NCBI GenBank assembly: GCA_964368435.1
Contig: CAYJBS010000002.1
Coordinates: forward strand, 1 to 59,236
Origin: an uncultured Christensenella sp.
Lineage (GTDB): Bacteria > Bacillota > Clostridia > Christensenellales > DTU072
DNA: 59,236 nucleotides
Direction: 5' to 3'
Shown here piece after piece: positions 41,627 to 50,269 of the stretch; positions within the stretch are counted from its first letter, which is position 1, and every line of letters begins with the position of its first letter. The notes below the pieces were generated by a model. That model was not told the DNA's origin. It did no database searches and saw nothing but the letters and a program-made list of their open reading frames with translations. Position numbers and translations under genes: made by a program.

Positions 41627-41655
41627 ATTATACTCACGAGCTTTTTTAATGTCAA
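41627..41655 (-). promoter_or_regulatory. Perfect-consensus sigma-A promoter upstream of the giant gene
   Basis: Minus strand TTGACA (41650-41655), exactly 17 nt (TTAAAAAAGCTCGTGAG), TATAAT (41627-41632). Predicted TSS near 41620. Confidence 0.6.
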
Positions 41656-41793
41656 TAGAAATGGCATTTTTCCTCTTATATATATAAATATAGCGGCTTT
41701 CGTAAAATTAAAGAAAAAGTATAGTCAATTTTTACTAAATTTTTGCTTAAAATAGTCTTAAATTCCTCATGCAAATTTACTTATTTTTGAAAA

Positions 41794-42594
41794 TCACAGC
41801 AACAATTGGTTCTTGAAACCTTCTATTTTGTCCTCAACGAACTGTCGAAGTGTGGTGTTTTTGTCGGACAAAAGCGGTAATAAATCGATACCGAAGCTGA
41901 CCAGCTCCGCAGTATTGACTGCATGAGAACGGCTGAAAGTGGCATTGGCAAGCCGTCTTCCTTGAATCGCCAAATCGTATCTCTTGCCGCCTTTTACTTG
42001 CGACTTATGGACGGCTATCAAACGGCGCAACAGTCGTTTGTATCCCGAAAGGTCAAACAGCGCCTTGTCCTCGTCGTTCAGCCAGTCGAGATCTCGCCAA
42101 CATTCGCAACCGAAAAAGCTGCGCGGCTTATAATCCGGAAGCGCGCGCAAAGCGTTCAAGACGCTTTTGGCTACATTGACATGGGTGTTGTGTTTGTCGG
42201 CGGGGTTGTGGGTATATATCGTGTCGGGACAAAACTCCTTGGCGATCTCTTGTATGTCGGCAATCAAACCTTTGTTTTCATCGTTTATTTCGGCGCTGGG
42301 ATAATTTAGAAATATCAGAGTAGCATACCGCCCTATTTTTGCGGCGCTTATCTGCTCCTTTCTTCGTTGCTCTACCATCTGTTCGTCGGTGAAATCGGCA
42401 TATTTGCCGTTGCGCGGACTGCCCGAGCCGTTGCTGACAATAACAGCTACAAGCCCTTTTTTTTCGTCGTCATAACATTGCACAATGCCGTCTCCGCACA
42501 TAATCTCGGCATCGTCCTGATGCGCGGCGAAAACCAAATGGGTATAAATGTTTTTTTTGCCTCGAATGACTTCGGCTCTTTTGTTTAGTTGCAT
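41794..42594 (-). CDS. PIG-L family deacetylase (LmbE-like N-acetylglucosaminyl deacetylase)
   Basis: LVFAAHQDDAEI (AHPDDE-type zinc-binding motif) and THNPADKHNTHV (HPDH-type motif). The ATG at 42594 has an AAGAGGA RBS 5 nt upstream. The ORF-track start at 42621 is a GTG that overlaps the upstream gene by 16 nt. No signal peptide. Confidence 0.85.
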   Translation of the reverse strand: MQLNKRAEVIRGKKNIYTHLVFAAHQDDAEIMCGDGIVQCYDDEKKGLVAVIVSNGSGSPRNGKYADFTDEQMVEQRRKEQISAAKIGRYATLIFLNYPSAEINDENKGLIADIQEIAKEFCPDTIYTHNPADKHNTHVNVAKSVLNALRALPDYKPRSFFGCECWRDLDWLNDEDKALFDLSGYKRLLRRLIAVHKSQVKGGKRYDLAIQGRRLANATFSRSHAVNTAELVSFGIDLLPLLSDKNTTLRQFVEDKIEGFKNQLLL

Positions 42595-42605
42595 TTTTCC
42601 TCTTA

Positions 42606-43448
42606 TTATTCCAGTTTCCACATTTCCGTCATTTCTATGCTACCGCCGCGCGCAACGGTACGAATAGGCGACAGACTTTCTATTTCGTGTATGCGATCGG
42701 AAACATAGCTTTCAAAGTTGCAATGAAAGTCGGGATACTCGCCGTCCTTGTCTCCAAAAAATTGCTTTGTGAACATTTGGGAGCCTATGGTGTAGACTGC
42801 TCTTATTTCCTCTTTATAGAGTCCCACTTTCAGCGGTTTGGAAACCTTTTCTGTGCTTTTAAGGACAAGCTTGTTGTTGAACAATTCCAGTCTTTCGTCT
42901 TTGATATCGGAATAATGCCAAAGCGCAAGATTGCGGTTTGCAAGGTATCCGGTGTCTTTTTCTTCAAGATAAAGTTCCATCTTTCCGCCGGACTTCAGCA
43001 CCGTCAAGCCCCAAAGACACAGCCTTTTTTCTTCGCCGTTGTTGACAAATTTATGTGTAACTTCAAGAGTTTTTTCACCTGTAAAAACTATTTTTATAGA
43101 AGGAACAAGATGGCTTTCTTTGCGTTCTTCGGTCGACAATATGACTCCGCCATCTATCTTTTCGACGGTTATTTCGTCATTGTCGGGATAATAAGTGCTT
43201 TCGTCTTCGGGCGACAGCCAAAGGCGGTGACCGCCGAAGATATGCCACTTTTTGCCCTCTCCGTATACGGCGGAAACGTCTTTCGAAACGGCGTCTTCAA
43301 TGTCATTATAAAAAATATTGGCGCCGCCTACCTTGTTCAGCGCGATTATTCTCGGTCCGACTTTCAACGGTATGGTGAACTCGATAAAGCCGTTGCTTAC
43401 CTTCAAAGCGTCGCCAAGAAAGCATTGTGTGTTGCTATATTCAATCAT
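42606..43448 (-). CDS. DUF4380-like / aldose-1-epimerase-like beta-sandwich protein (cytoplasmic)
   Basis: 280-aa all-beta-looking protein with FGGHRLWLSPE, which I recall as characteristic of DUF4380 (from memory, not searched). Its ATG overlaps the stop of the upstream gene as ATGA (43445-43448). Confidence 0.7.
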   Translation of the reverse strand: MIEYSNTQCFLGDALKVSNGFIEFTIPLKVGPRIIALNKVGGANIFYNDIEDAVSKDVSAVYGEGKKWHIFGGHRLWLSPEDESTYYPDNDEITVEKIDGGVILSTEERKESHLVPSIKIVFTGEKTLEVTHKFVNNGEEKRLCLWGLTVLKSGGKMELYLEEKDTGYLANRNLALWHYSDIKDERLELFNNKLVLKSTEKVSKPLKVGLYKEEIRAVYTIGSQMFTKQFFGDKDGEYPDFHCNFESYVSDRIHEIESLSPIRTVARGGSIEMTEMWKLE

Positions 43449-46400
43449 AAAGTCCCTCTTATTATTATATATTGTACTATATCGCCCTTGACAATAACAT
43501 TGCTCCCATGACGTTTCGTTTCCACATGTTCTTTTAGTGTGCCGGAGTAGTCATAATAAGCAATGACAAACTCCTCATAAACATGACCACTCGACGGAAT
43601 TTGATCAATGAATGTGTCGAATTCCGCTTCCGTTTCAAAATACAAATCTATCGTTTCGTCATCGTCATCGTTATCGTAGTCAAAGAAATAATATGAGCGT
43701 TCCGACGCAACTACCGGCGCCTCGCCGTCAAAAGTATGGGACGACTGCATATCTTCGTCTGCCGCCAAAAAGTAATAATGGTTTGAGGCTATGATAATAT
43801 CTTGAGTTCCGGTGACTTTTGAATGCAATCTGCCCCAAGTGGCGTCCACATAGTACCAGGCGCCCTCAAGCATGATTGCGTTCCAGGCGTGGTTGACATC
43901 TCCTTTGCCGTTGTTGTTGTTTCCCGCGCCGCTAAGACGAATGACTGTCAGATCCTCTATGGCGCAAAGCAGCGTAAACGCCTTGCTGATGCCGTCACAA
44001 ACGGCTATCTTATTAAGTATTGCGCCTTCGAGATGGAAACTTTGTTTTCGGCTCATATCAAGGTTTATGGTGTCTATCTGCTCTTTTGTAGTTGCTTCAG
44101 CCATCCGTTGCATATAACTGTTATAAACCTCCTCGTCATATGCGACGTTTATGCAAAGCCAGTCGTATATCGCCAGCGCTTTTTCGGAATCGCTCATTTC
44201 AGGCAATATGATTTCGTTCAAAATGGCTCTTGCTGCTTCATAAATCTCTTCTGCTACGCTGCCGACAACGGGATCAGGCCGGTATCCCCAAAGCGCGGCA
44301 AGATACAGCTGCGCGCTGGTAGAAACAGCAAGCGTTCTGTCGTTTTCTAAAATTGGTTCCTTGCCCGGCACTCTGTCGGTATCCGACAGTGAGTCGGAAT
44401 ATCTCGGCTCATAAAGTCTGCTATCGTTCTCGCCGTTATAAGTCGAGCCTTGATCTATTGCCACTGCCTCATCGGGTTTCAAATTAATTGTGACATCGCC
44501 ACCGGTATGCTCAGAAAAAACCATGCTTGTTCCGGGGCCCTCACCATAAGCATTGTTGGCGGCGGTAATAAGCTTGTGAGCGTTTATCAGAACTTCTTCA
44601 GTTTGACTGCCTTGTGTAATGTTGCCGGTTCTTTCATAAAGTGACTGTTCAATATCAGTCTCGTAGTCGATGGCAAAATATAAATCTATATCATATCCTT
44701 CTTCGTCGTCACCAAGCTCTGTCGGGCGAAAGACTTTTATGTAGTTCAATATCTTGCCCAGTTGATAAACGCTGTTTATGTAACGATTCATGCTTGTTCC
44801 GGGTATTTCTTCGAGGTAAGGATATTGCTCCGGATTTATCTTTTTATTTTTTTCACTTCCATAGGAACGGAAGCCGGTATACAAGTCGGAAATATCGGTT
44901 TTTATGCGGTAGTCAAAATTATCGTTCAGCGTGACATCCGAATGCGGCACACGAAAACGATCTGCCGAAAAATCGGCTGAATGGTCTGTGCTATTATAAG
45001 CAAGCGTTTGGGTACCCTTTTTGATTTCTACGGTGTACGAAACACCTTCTTTCAACTTATGCCAAGTGATGAGCGGCGCGTAATTCGTTCCATCGTAGTA
45101 GCCGTTTACCTTGATATCATAAAGCTCGTGGGTGACATTGTCTTTTATGCTGATGATATGCGACTGCTGCCGTTCGACAGGATCGCCGTTATAGCTCAAA
45201 GTACCGACAATCCTGTAGTCGCCGGCAGCGATAAAGGTGTAAGTATCGCCTGTGTGGAACAGATCTTCTCCGACGGGATGCACCGCCCATATCACTTGCG
45301 TGTTTTGAAGCTGTGTATCATAAGCAAGCTGTACCTCGGCGTTCACCTCGTATTCTTTTTTAAGTCCGACTATATCAAAACAGCTTTGCAGCGTCACCGT
45401 CTTTTTTATTATGATTGGCGTTCCGCTGAGTGTAACCTCGGCTTTTACGGTGTACGCTCCTGCGGTCTGGGGAGGGAGCATTTCAAAAGTGTACTCTGTT
45501 GTTTGACCAACTAATGCATTGTCCTTGTACCACTTGATTGAGTCTACATCTTCCAATTCTGTATCGAGACTGAAAAGTATGTCCTCTGCAGTCTGAATGG
45601 GTTGCGTCAGTGGTTTTGAGTGTGTTATCACCTCTTGTATCATCAAAGGCAAAACGCTTATTTCGATGTCGGCAGAAACCTCGGGATTGCTTTTTGAGCG
45701 CACCGTGACAATCACGGGGGATGTCGTTGCCGCAACAGGCGTCACCAAGCCGTTGTTGCCTATCGTGATAAAAGCCTCTCCGCCTTCTGCGATTTCGTAA
45801 GTGACGCTCTTGTCGGCGGTATTCGTCGGCGCAATGGCGTGCGTAATAACATAATAGTCAGTTTGGTCAAGCAGTAGCGTCACCGCATCGTCGCCCAACG
45901 TCATCGCTACCGCTTGTATCGGCGGAGCCTCAACCTCTACTCTTACGGTCTTGGTAACCGATGAGAGCGCTCCGTCTATTTTGGCGTTAAAACGATACTC
46001 TATATTACCCGACTGCTCCGGCATCTTTATTTTATAAAAAGTTATGCCCTGCTCTAGTTCGATTTTGAAATCATCTTCGCCCAATGCTACATAGCCTTCA
46101 CCGACTTTTATTGCCGCTTCGTAGCTGTCCGCCTTTTGCATGCCGGCGTATTCTATGCATTGAAAGCTTACCCAGTCGCCATATGTATAAGCTCTTTTGC
46201 TCCATATGCCTTCATCGTTTATTCTGTCGACATACCCGACATAAAAATCTGTTAGTGCGTACTTCGGACGGCTGTTATTTATGCGTACATACAAGTTAGC
46301 CACTACTTCGCCGTTGTCGTCGCTGCTGATGTGAATGACATAAGGCTCATGACCGGGGATATAGTTCTTTGCTATAATTACTTTTGTTTCATCTATTTCT

Positions 46401-46933
46401 ATACTAGGATCATTTATCCCCTGATAGCTCAGCCCTTTTTCGGTGGCATTTGCCGGGAAATAAACTATTTCGAGGTCATTCAATGCAAAACTGTTGGCGG
46501 AGGCATCGCCATAATATAAATCTATGACATTGTTCTTTATCAGAATATTTTCTACAGGTATCGGATCGGACACCAAAAAATCAACATTGACGGCATTCGC
46601 CGATTGTTCCATGTTGTCGGTGACTGCTACAACTTTTATGGTGTATGTACCGAATTGCGGAAAGTCCAGCGTAAAGGAATCCTCGGCAGAAATCTCCTTC
46701 TTCCAACGCTCAAAATCGCTATCGTCTGTTTTTTTATAGACATTATAGCCTTGCGGACTGCCCAAGGTCTCAATAATTTGTATAATTACGCTTTCGTTTT
46801 GGTCATAACGCTCTTTCAATGTGTTAATTTGTAATTTGAAGCCTTCAAACCTGTCTCCGTTGCTGCAGGCACTCATAGCTATTGCAAGCAATAAAATAAC
46901 AGATAGAGCTAAAAAAAGTCTGGTTTTCTTCAT
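43445..46933 (-). CDS. Big_2 + transglutaminase-like (Cys-His-Asp) lipoprotein, ~1,162 aa
   Basis: MKKTRLFLALSVILLLAIAMSAC signal peptide with lipobox. The start at 46933 has a GGAG RBS 6 nt upstream; the ORF-track alternative is 46945. Big_2-like segments are present (…VYFPANATEKGLSYQ…). The C-terminal TGase core is AVC983DGISKAFTLLC…NH1019AWNAIMLEGAWYYVD1034ATW. The Cys codon is TGT at 43997-43999. Confidence 0.88.
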   Translation of the reverse strand: MKKTRLFLALSVILLLAIAMSACSNGDRFEGFKLQINTLKERYDQNESVIIQIIETLGSPQGYNVYKKTDDSDFERWKKEISAEDSFTLDFPQFGTYTIKVVAVTDNMEQSANAVNVDFLVSDPIPVENILIKNNVIDLYYGDASANSFALNDLEIVYFPANATEKGLSYQGINDPSIEIDETKVIIAKNYIPGHEPYVIHISSDDNGEVVANLYVRINNSRPKYALTDFYVGYVDRINDEGIWSKRAYTYGDWVSFQCIEYAGMQKADSYEAAIKVGEGYVALGEDDFKIELEQGITFYKIKMPEQSGNIEYRFNAKIDGALSSVTKTVRVEVEAPPIQAVAMTLGDDAVTLLLDQTDYYVITHAIAPTNTADKSVTYEIAEGGEAFITIGNNGLVTPVAATTSPVIVTVRSKSNPEVSADIEISVLPLMIQEVITHSKPLTQPIQTAEDILFSLDTELEDVDSIKWYKDNALVGQTTEYTFEMLPPQTAGAYTVKAEVTLSGTPIIIKKTVTLQSCFDIVGLKKEYEVNAEVQLAYDTQLQNTQVIWAVHPVGEDLFHTGDTYTFIAAGDYRIVGTLSYNGDPVERQQSHIISIKDNVTHELYDIKVNGYYDGTNYAPLITWHKLKEGVSYTVEIKKGTQTLAYNSTDHSADFSADRFRVPHSDVTLNDNFDYRIKTDISDLYTGFRSYGSEKNKKINPEQYPYLEEIPGTSMNRYINSVYQLGKILNYIKVFRPTELGDDEEGYDIDLYFAIDYETDIEQSLYERTGNITQGSQTEEVLINAHKLITAANNAYGEGPGTSMVFSEHTGGDVTINLKPDEAVAIDQGSTYNGENDSRLYEPRYSDSLSDTDRVPGKEPILENDRTLAVSTSAQLYLAALWGYRPDPVVGSVAEEIYEAARAILNEIILPEMSDSEKALAIYDWLCINVAYDEEVYNSYMQRMAEATTKEQIDTINLDMSRKQSFHLEGAILNKIAVCDGISKAFTLLCAIEDLTVIRLSGAGNNNNGKGDVNHAWNAIMLEGAWYYVDATWGRLHSKVTGTQDIIIASNHYYFLAADEDMQSSHTFDGEAPVVASERSYYFFDYDNDDDDETIDLYFETEAEFDTFIDQIPSSGHVYEEFVIAYYDYSGTLKEHVETKRHGSNVIVKGDIVQYIIIRGTL

Positions 46934-46946
46934 AATATTCTCCATG

Positions 46947-49900
46947 TTAACGGGGAGACGACAGTATTACAACAAAATATCTGTCGGTTATTTGTAACAA
47001 CTCTTTGACGGTTGTCCCACTGTCACTCAAGGCGTTTTGCAGCTGATCGATAACAACATCTTTTAGTTCTGCTTGCGTGTCGAACTCTTGCGAAAATTCC
47101 AACCCAAAGGAATAAACCGTCTGCGTCATGCTGTATAGATAAGAACGTGCGGCAAGCTCTATTGCCGCCTCATTTTCGACAAGCGAGGAGCCTTCGATCT
47201 CGAACGTTCCATCGGTTGTTGCGGCAGGATGAATGCCGAAGAACTTATAACCGCAAGCTATCATATATTCGTCGTCGCGGAGGAAATATGCATGATTTAT
47301 GGCGACGCCGTCTATTCTCTCGACTCTGGCAAGAAAACTGTCGACATTGTACCAACTTTCTCCGATAAGAACCTTGTTCCAACTGTGTTCAACATTGTTG
47401 CGTTGTCCCAAAACAGTGTTTACGGTGATGCCTTCCATCCAGCATAACAGACTGAAAGCCTTGCTGACGCCTTGGCTGACTGCGTTTTTGGTCAGTAGCG
47501 CGCCCTCAAGATGATAACCTTCGAAAAGATATAGGTCAGCGGGTTTTGGCGTGGTTTTGCCGTATTGTATCAGCGCCTTGTCACTGCTGATGTGGCTTGC
47601 CAAATAATCGTTTATGGCAAGCACTTTTTCGAAATCAGTCATACCGTCGATTATTATGTCTTTCAAAATAACTGTCGCTTCGTTATAGACTGCCTCGGCA
47701 GGACTGCCTTTGATAGGGACGGCTCTCTTGCCCATGCTAACGGCATGGAAAAGCTGATCGGTGGTCTCGGCATTTATGGTGTTTTTCGTGTTTATGGCGA
47801 AGTCGTCGAATGTTTCGATTCTGCCATTGGCGGCATAGTTCTGTTTAAATTCGTACGGCTGTTTGTTGGTTGGGGGCTGACTGATATAGCCCTCTTCTCT
47901 TATGGTCAGCGTAATGCCGAAGCTGCCGTCTATTTGGGAATAGGAGAAATCCAAAGCAGTAATCTCTGTAAAGCAATAGGCGTTTATGGCGGCAGTAACC
48001 AAATTATAGATATTCAACAAATATTCGTTGTCGTACGGGTTTTCTCCGATGATGGGGAACAAATCTTTGTTTATGTTGCGGTATGCCTGTTTGGTGAAAA
48101 TATCTATCTTGAATGTTGCGTTGCCGTTCTCGGCGCTCTGCAACAAATCTGCCGGCTTGTATGAAGTGATATAGTTCAGCAGTTCGCCCATTTCGTACAT
48201 ATCATTTATGTAGCGATTTATGCTGAAATTCAGATATGGAAGGAAGGCATACTGATTTTGGGTAATTGTCCTTGCGGTGTATGAAACCTTGTCACAATAT
48301 ACTCCGCCTTTTTGTTTTATTCGGACAGAGAAATTCTGTTCAAGCGTAGCCATACTAAGCGGCAGAATGATGCTGTAATCACTAAAGACTATTCCTCTGA
48401 TGTCATACCGCGCCTCTTGGGTGTCAATGATATATATCTGATTTTCGTTGACAACCTCGATGACAAAGCTGTTGACGCCCCCCAGTTGGTTCCATTTTAT
48501 GACAGGTCTATATTCGGTATCTACTTTTGCTCCGTCGATAATAAGATATTCTATGTTGGAATCGCCGACCTTGTCCCAAACGCGGAAAGGAGTGGTATAG
48601 CGCACCATCTCTCTCTTTTCGCCGCTGACCGTTTCATATACGGGCAAGCCTTCCAGCGTAGGCGAACCGCTTATGATATACCAACCCTCGACAGTCGCCT
48701 CATAGTTGAAGGTGTTGTTGTTCGTTGAAGTAAATAAGAAGTTCTCGTCCGTACGGATTTTGTTTATGATGCCGTCCTCAAAATTGTCGGCGCCTGCGAC
48801 AGGATCGTACCTGTGGAGATACCAGTCATAGCTGTCGGGAACCTTCTCTTCTATGCCCGTTTGTGGATAGACCTGCACCCTGTCTCCTATGACATATTTT
48901 ATGACAGAGAACTCAAACTCAATCGATGCGGCTATGGTATCTTGGGTTTTGCCTTTTGCCGTCAAAACAAATGAGCCGTAATCCAAAGGAGTAAATTTTA
49001 GTTTGCCATTATGGACGGCATGAAGCGTATTGGCAACAAAATTGCCGTCGCCGCTCTCTCCCTTCCTTTTCAGATACCAGTCATAGCTGTCGGCGCTGTT
49101 CGCCATCAGCGGCTCAAAAGTCAACTCCTCTCCGAAGATATAGATATTGCCTTCCGGCTCGTTCTTGTGCAGTTCAAAGCCTGTGAACGGCATATATAGC
49201 GATATCGAGGGAGAAGTCAAATAAATAGTATCTTCATTTTTCGGGGTGATTTGTACCGTAATGGTATATGTAGAACGTGTGCTGTCGACGCTGGGCAGAT
49301 ACTCGAATTCCCATTCGCCGTCCTGCTCCTGTACTCTTTTGCCGGCGACAAGCCATTTTATGTCGGGATTGGGGTCACTCAACTTGTCAAGTTGCTGAAT
49401 ACTAAAAGTAATCTTCTCCGGGTTTCCGACAACTTGATCGAACTTCGGCGAAGCGTCGAGAACATCAAGACGATAGTTGCCCTCGGCATAGCCGATTCTC
49501 ACTTGCACTCTGCCTTCAAGTGTTTTGCCGGCAAGCGTGCTGCTCTTTGCGATGATGGTGACAATGCCCGGTTTCAAAACAGACAAAAGCCCCGAAGAGT
49601 TTACGGTGGCTATTTCGAGGTTTTGGGAGGTGTATGTGACATCCCTGCCGTCCTGTCCGTGATATGGTTTGAACACTAAATCCAATTGTACCGGCTCGCT
49701 GGGAAAAGACACTCTCATTTCCGGAGAAGAAAAGTTTATTTCTTCGACTTCGGTATTCTCTATGATTACTGAAATGATGGTGTATGCCTCGGGATTCGTT
49801 GAGCTGAAGATTTTTATTGGGACACTGTCGATATCATCCATAACCTTCTTTGCGACGATAAATCCGCTCTGGTCTACAGAAAAATAATCCAATGCGTCAG

Positions 49901-50141
49901 GAGTGGCATAATATACAAGTTTTTTGTTGGTGGCATTTGCGGGAACCAGCGTCGGAGTAAGTTGATAGGTGCCGGTTGTGCCGTGAGAAGACAAATATAC
50001 TATTGAGTTGGGTACGCGCACGCCGGTGGCTTCGACATAGTTTTCATCGCTGCGAGGGTCGCTTTCAGGTATGCATGAATAAAAAACCGCCATAAGCAGC
50101 AGTGTTACAATGATAATCAACGCCCTTCTTGTGTTTTTCAT
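46947..50141 (-). CDS. Big_2 + transglutaminase-like paralog with Ser replacing the nucleophile Cys, ~1,064 aa
   Basis: MKNTRRALIIIVTLLLMAVFYSC is a signal peptide with a possible, atypical lipobox. The start at 50141 is preferred over 50189. Two clear Big_2 segments (LVPANATNKKLVYYATPD…; DVTYTSQNLEIATVNSSGLLSVLKPGIVTIIA). The core is AVS905QGVSKAFSLLC…EHSWNKVLIGESWYNVDSF. The Ser codon is AGC at 47475-47477. The stop is 1 nt from the ORF-track start of the next gene. Confidence 0.88.
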   Translation of the reverse strand: MKNTRRALIIIVTLLLMAVFYSCIPESDPRSDENYVEATGVRVPNSIVYLSSHGTTGTYQLTPTLVPANATNKKLVYYATPDALDYFSVDQSGFIVAKKVMDDIDSVPIKIFSSTNPEAYTIISVIIENTEVEEINFSSPEMRVSFPSEPVQLDLVFKPYHGQDGRDVTYTSQNLEIATVNSSGLLSVLKPGIVTIIAKSSTLAGKTLEGRVQVRIGYAEGNYRLDVLDASPKFDQVVGNPEKITFSIQQLDKLSDPNPDIKWLVAGKRVQEQDGEWEFEYLPSVDSTRSTYTITVQITPKNEDTIYLTSPSISLYMPFTGFELHKNEPEGNIYIFGEELTFEPLMANSADSYDWYLKRKGESGDGNFVANTLHAVHNGKLKFTPLDYGSFVLTAKGKTQDTIAASIEFEFSVIKYVIGDRVQVYPQTGIEEKVPDSYDWYLHRYDPVAGADNFEDGIINKIRTDENFLFTSTNNNTFNYEATVEGWYIISGSPTLEGLPVYETVSGEKREMVRYTTPFRVWDKVGDSNIEYLIIDGAKVDTEYRPVIKWNQLGGVNSFVIEVVNENQIYIIDTQEARYDIRGIVFSDYSIILPLSMATLEQNFSVRIKQKGGVYCDKVSYTARTITQNQYAFLPYLNFSINRYINDMYEMGELLNYITSYKPADLLQSAENGNATFKIDIFTKQAYRNINKDLFPIIGENPYDNEYLLNIYNLVTAAINAYCFTEITALDFSYSQIDGSFGITLTIREEGYISQPPTNKQPYEFKQNYAANGRIETFDDFAINTKNTINAETTDQLFHAVSMGKRAVPIKGSPAEAVYNEATVILKDIIIDGMTDFEKVLAINDYLASHISSDKALIQYGKTTPKPADLYLFEGYHLEGALLTKNAVSQGVSKAFSLLCWMEGITVNTVLGQRNNVEHSWNKVLIGESWYNVDSFLARVERIDGVAINHAYFLRDDEYMIACGYKFFGIHPAATTDGTFEIEGSSLVENEAAIELAARSYLYSMTQTVYSFGLEFSQEFDTQAELKDVVIDQLQNALSDSGTTVKELLQITDRYFVVILSSPR

Positions 50142-50170
50142 GTCGCTCCAATAAAAATTATCGTATATAT

Positions 50171-50199
50171 ATAATAAAACTTTTAACAACTCTTGTCAA
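50171..50199 (-). promoter_or_regulatory. Sigma-A-type promoter of the transglutaminase-like / PIG-L operon
   Basis: Minus strand TTGACA (50194-50199), 17 nt spacer, TATTAT (50171-50176), about 30 nt upstream of the ATG at 50141. Confidence 0.5.
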
Positions 50200-50233
50200 T
50201 ACTTATAATAAACATAAAAATGTAATTAAACAA

Positions 50234-50262
50234 TTGAAAAATAGTAATTATTATTGTATACT
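50234..50262 (+). promoter_or_regulatory. Sigma-A-type promoter of mrnC (possibly producing a leaderless mRNA)
   Basis: TTGAAA (50234-50239), 17 nt spacer, TATACT (50257-50262). Only 7 nt separate the -10 from the ATG at 50270, and there is no Shine-Dalgarno sequence. Confidence 0.45.
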
Positions 50263-50269
50263 TGCAGAT

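Noticed and set aside
42463-42558. Two A8 homopolymer tracts inside the PIG-L coding region (42463-42470 and 42551-42558), and an A8 in sigH (51653-51660), as possible phase-variation switches.
   Set aside because: They are simply Lys-Lys (AAA AAA) codon runs in an AT-rich genome. The length is at the low end for slipped-strand switching, and one lies in an essential-type sigma factor gene.
42687-43511. A 274-aa plus-strand ORF opposite the DUF4380-like gene, and similarly 54074..54823 (249 aa) opposite the DUF255 gene and 58446..58946 (166 aa, minus) opposite yabQ and the next gene.
   Set aside because: These are antisense shadows of genes with clear family signatures. They have no RBS and implausible composition.
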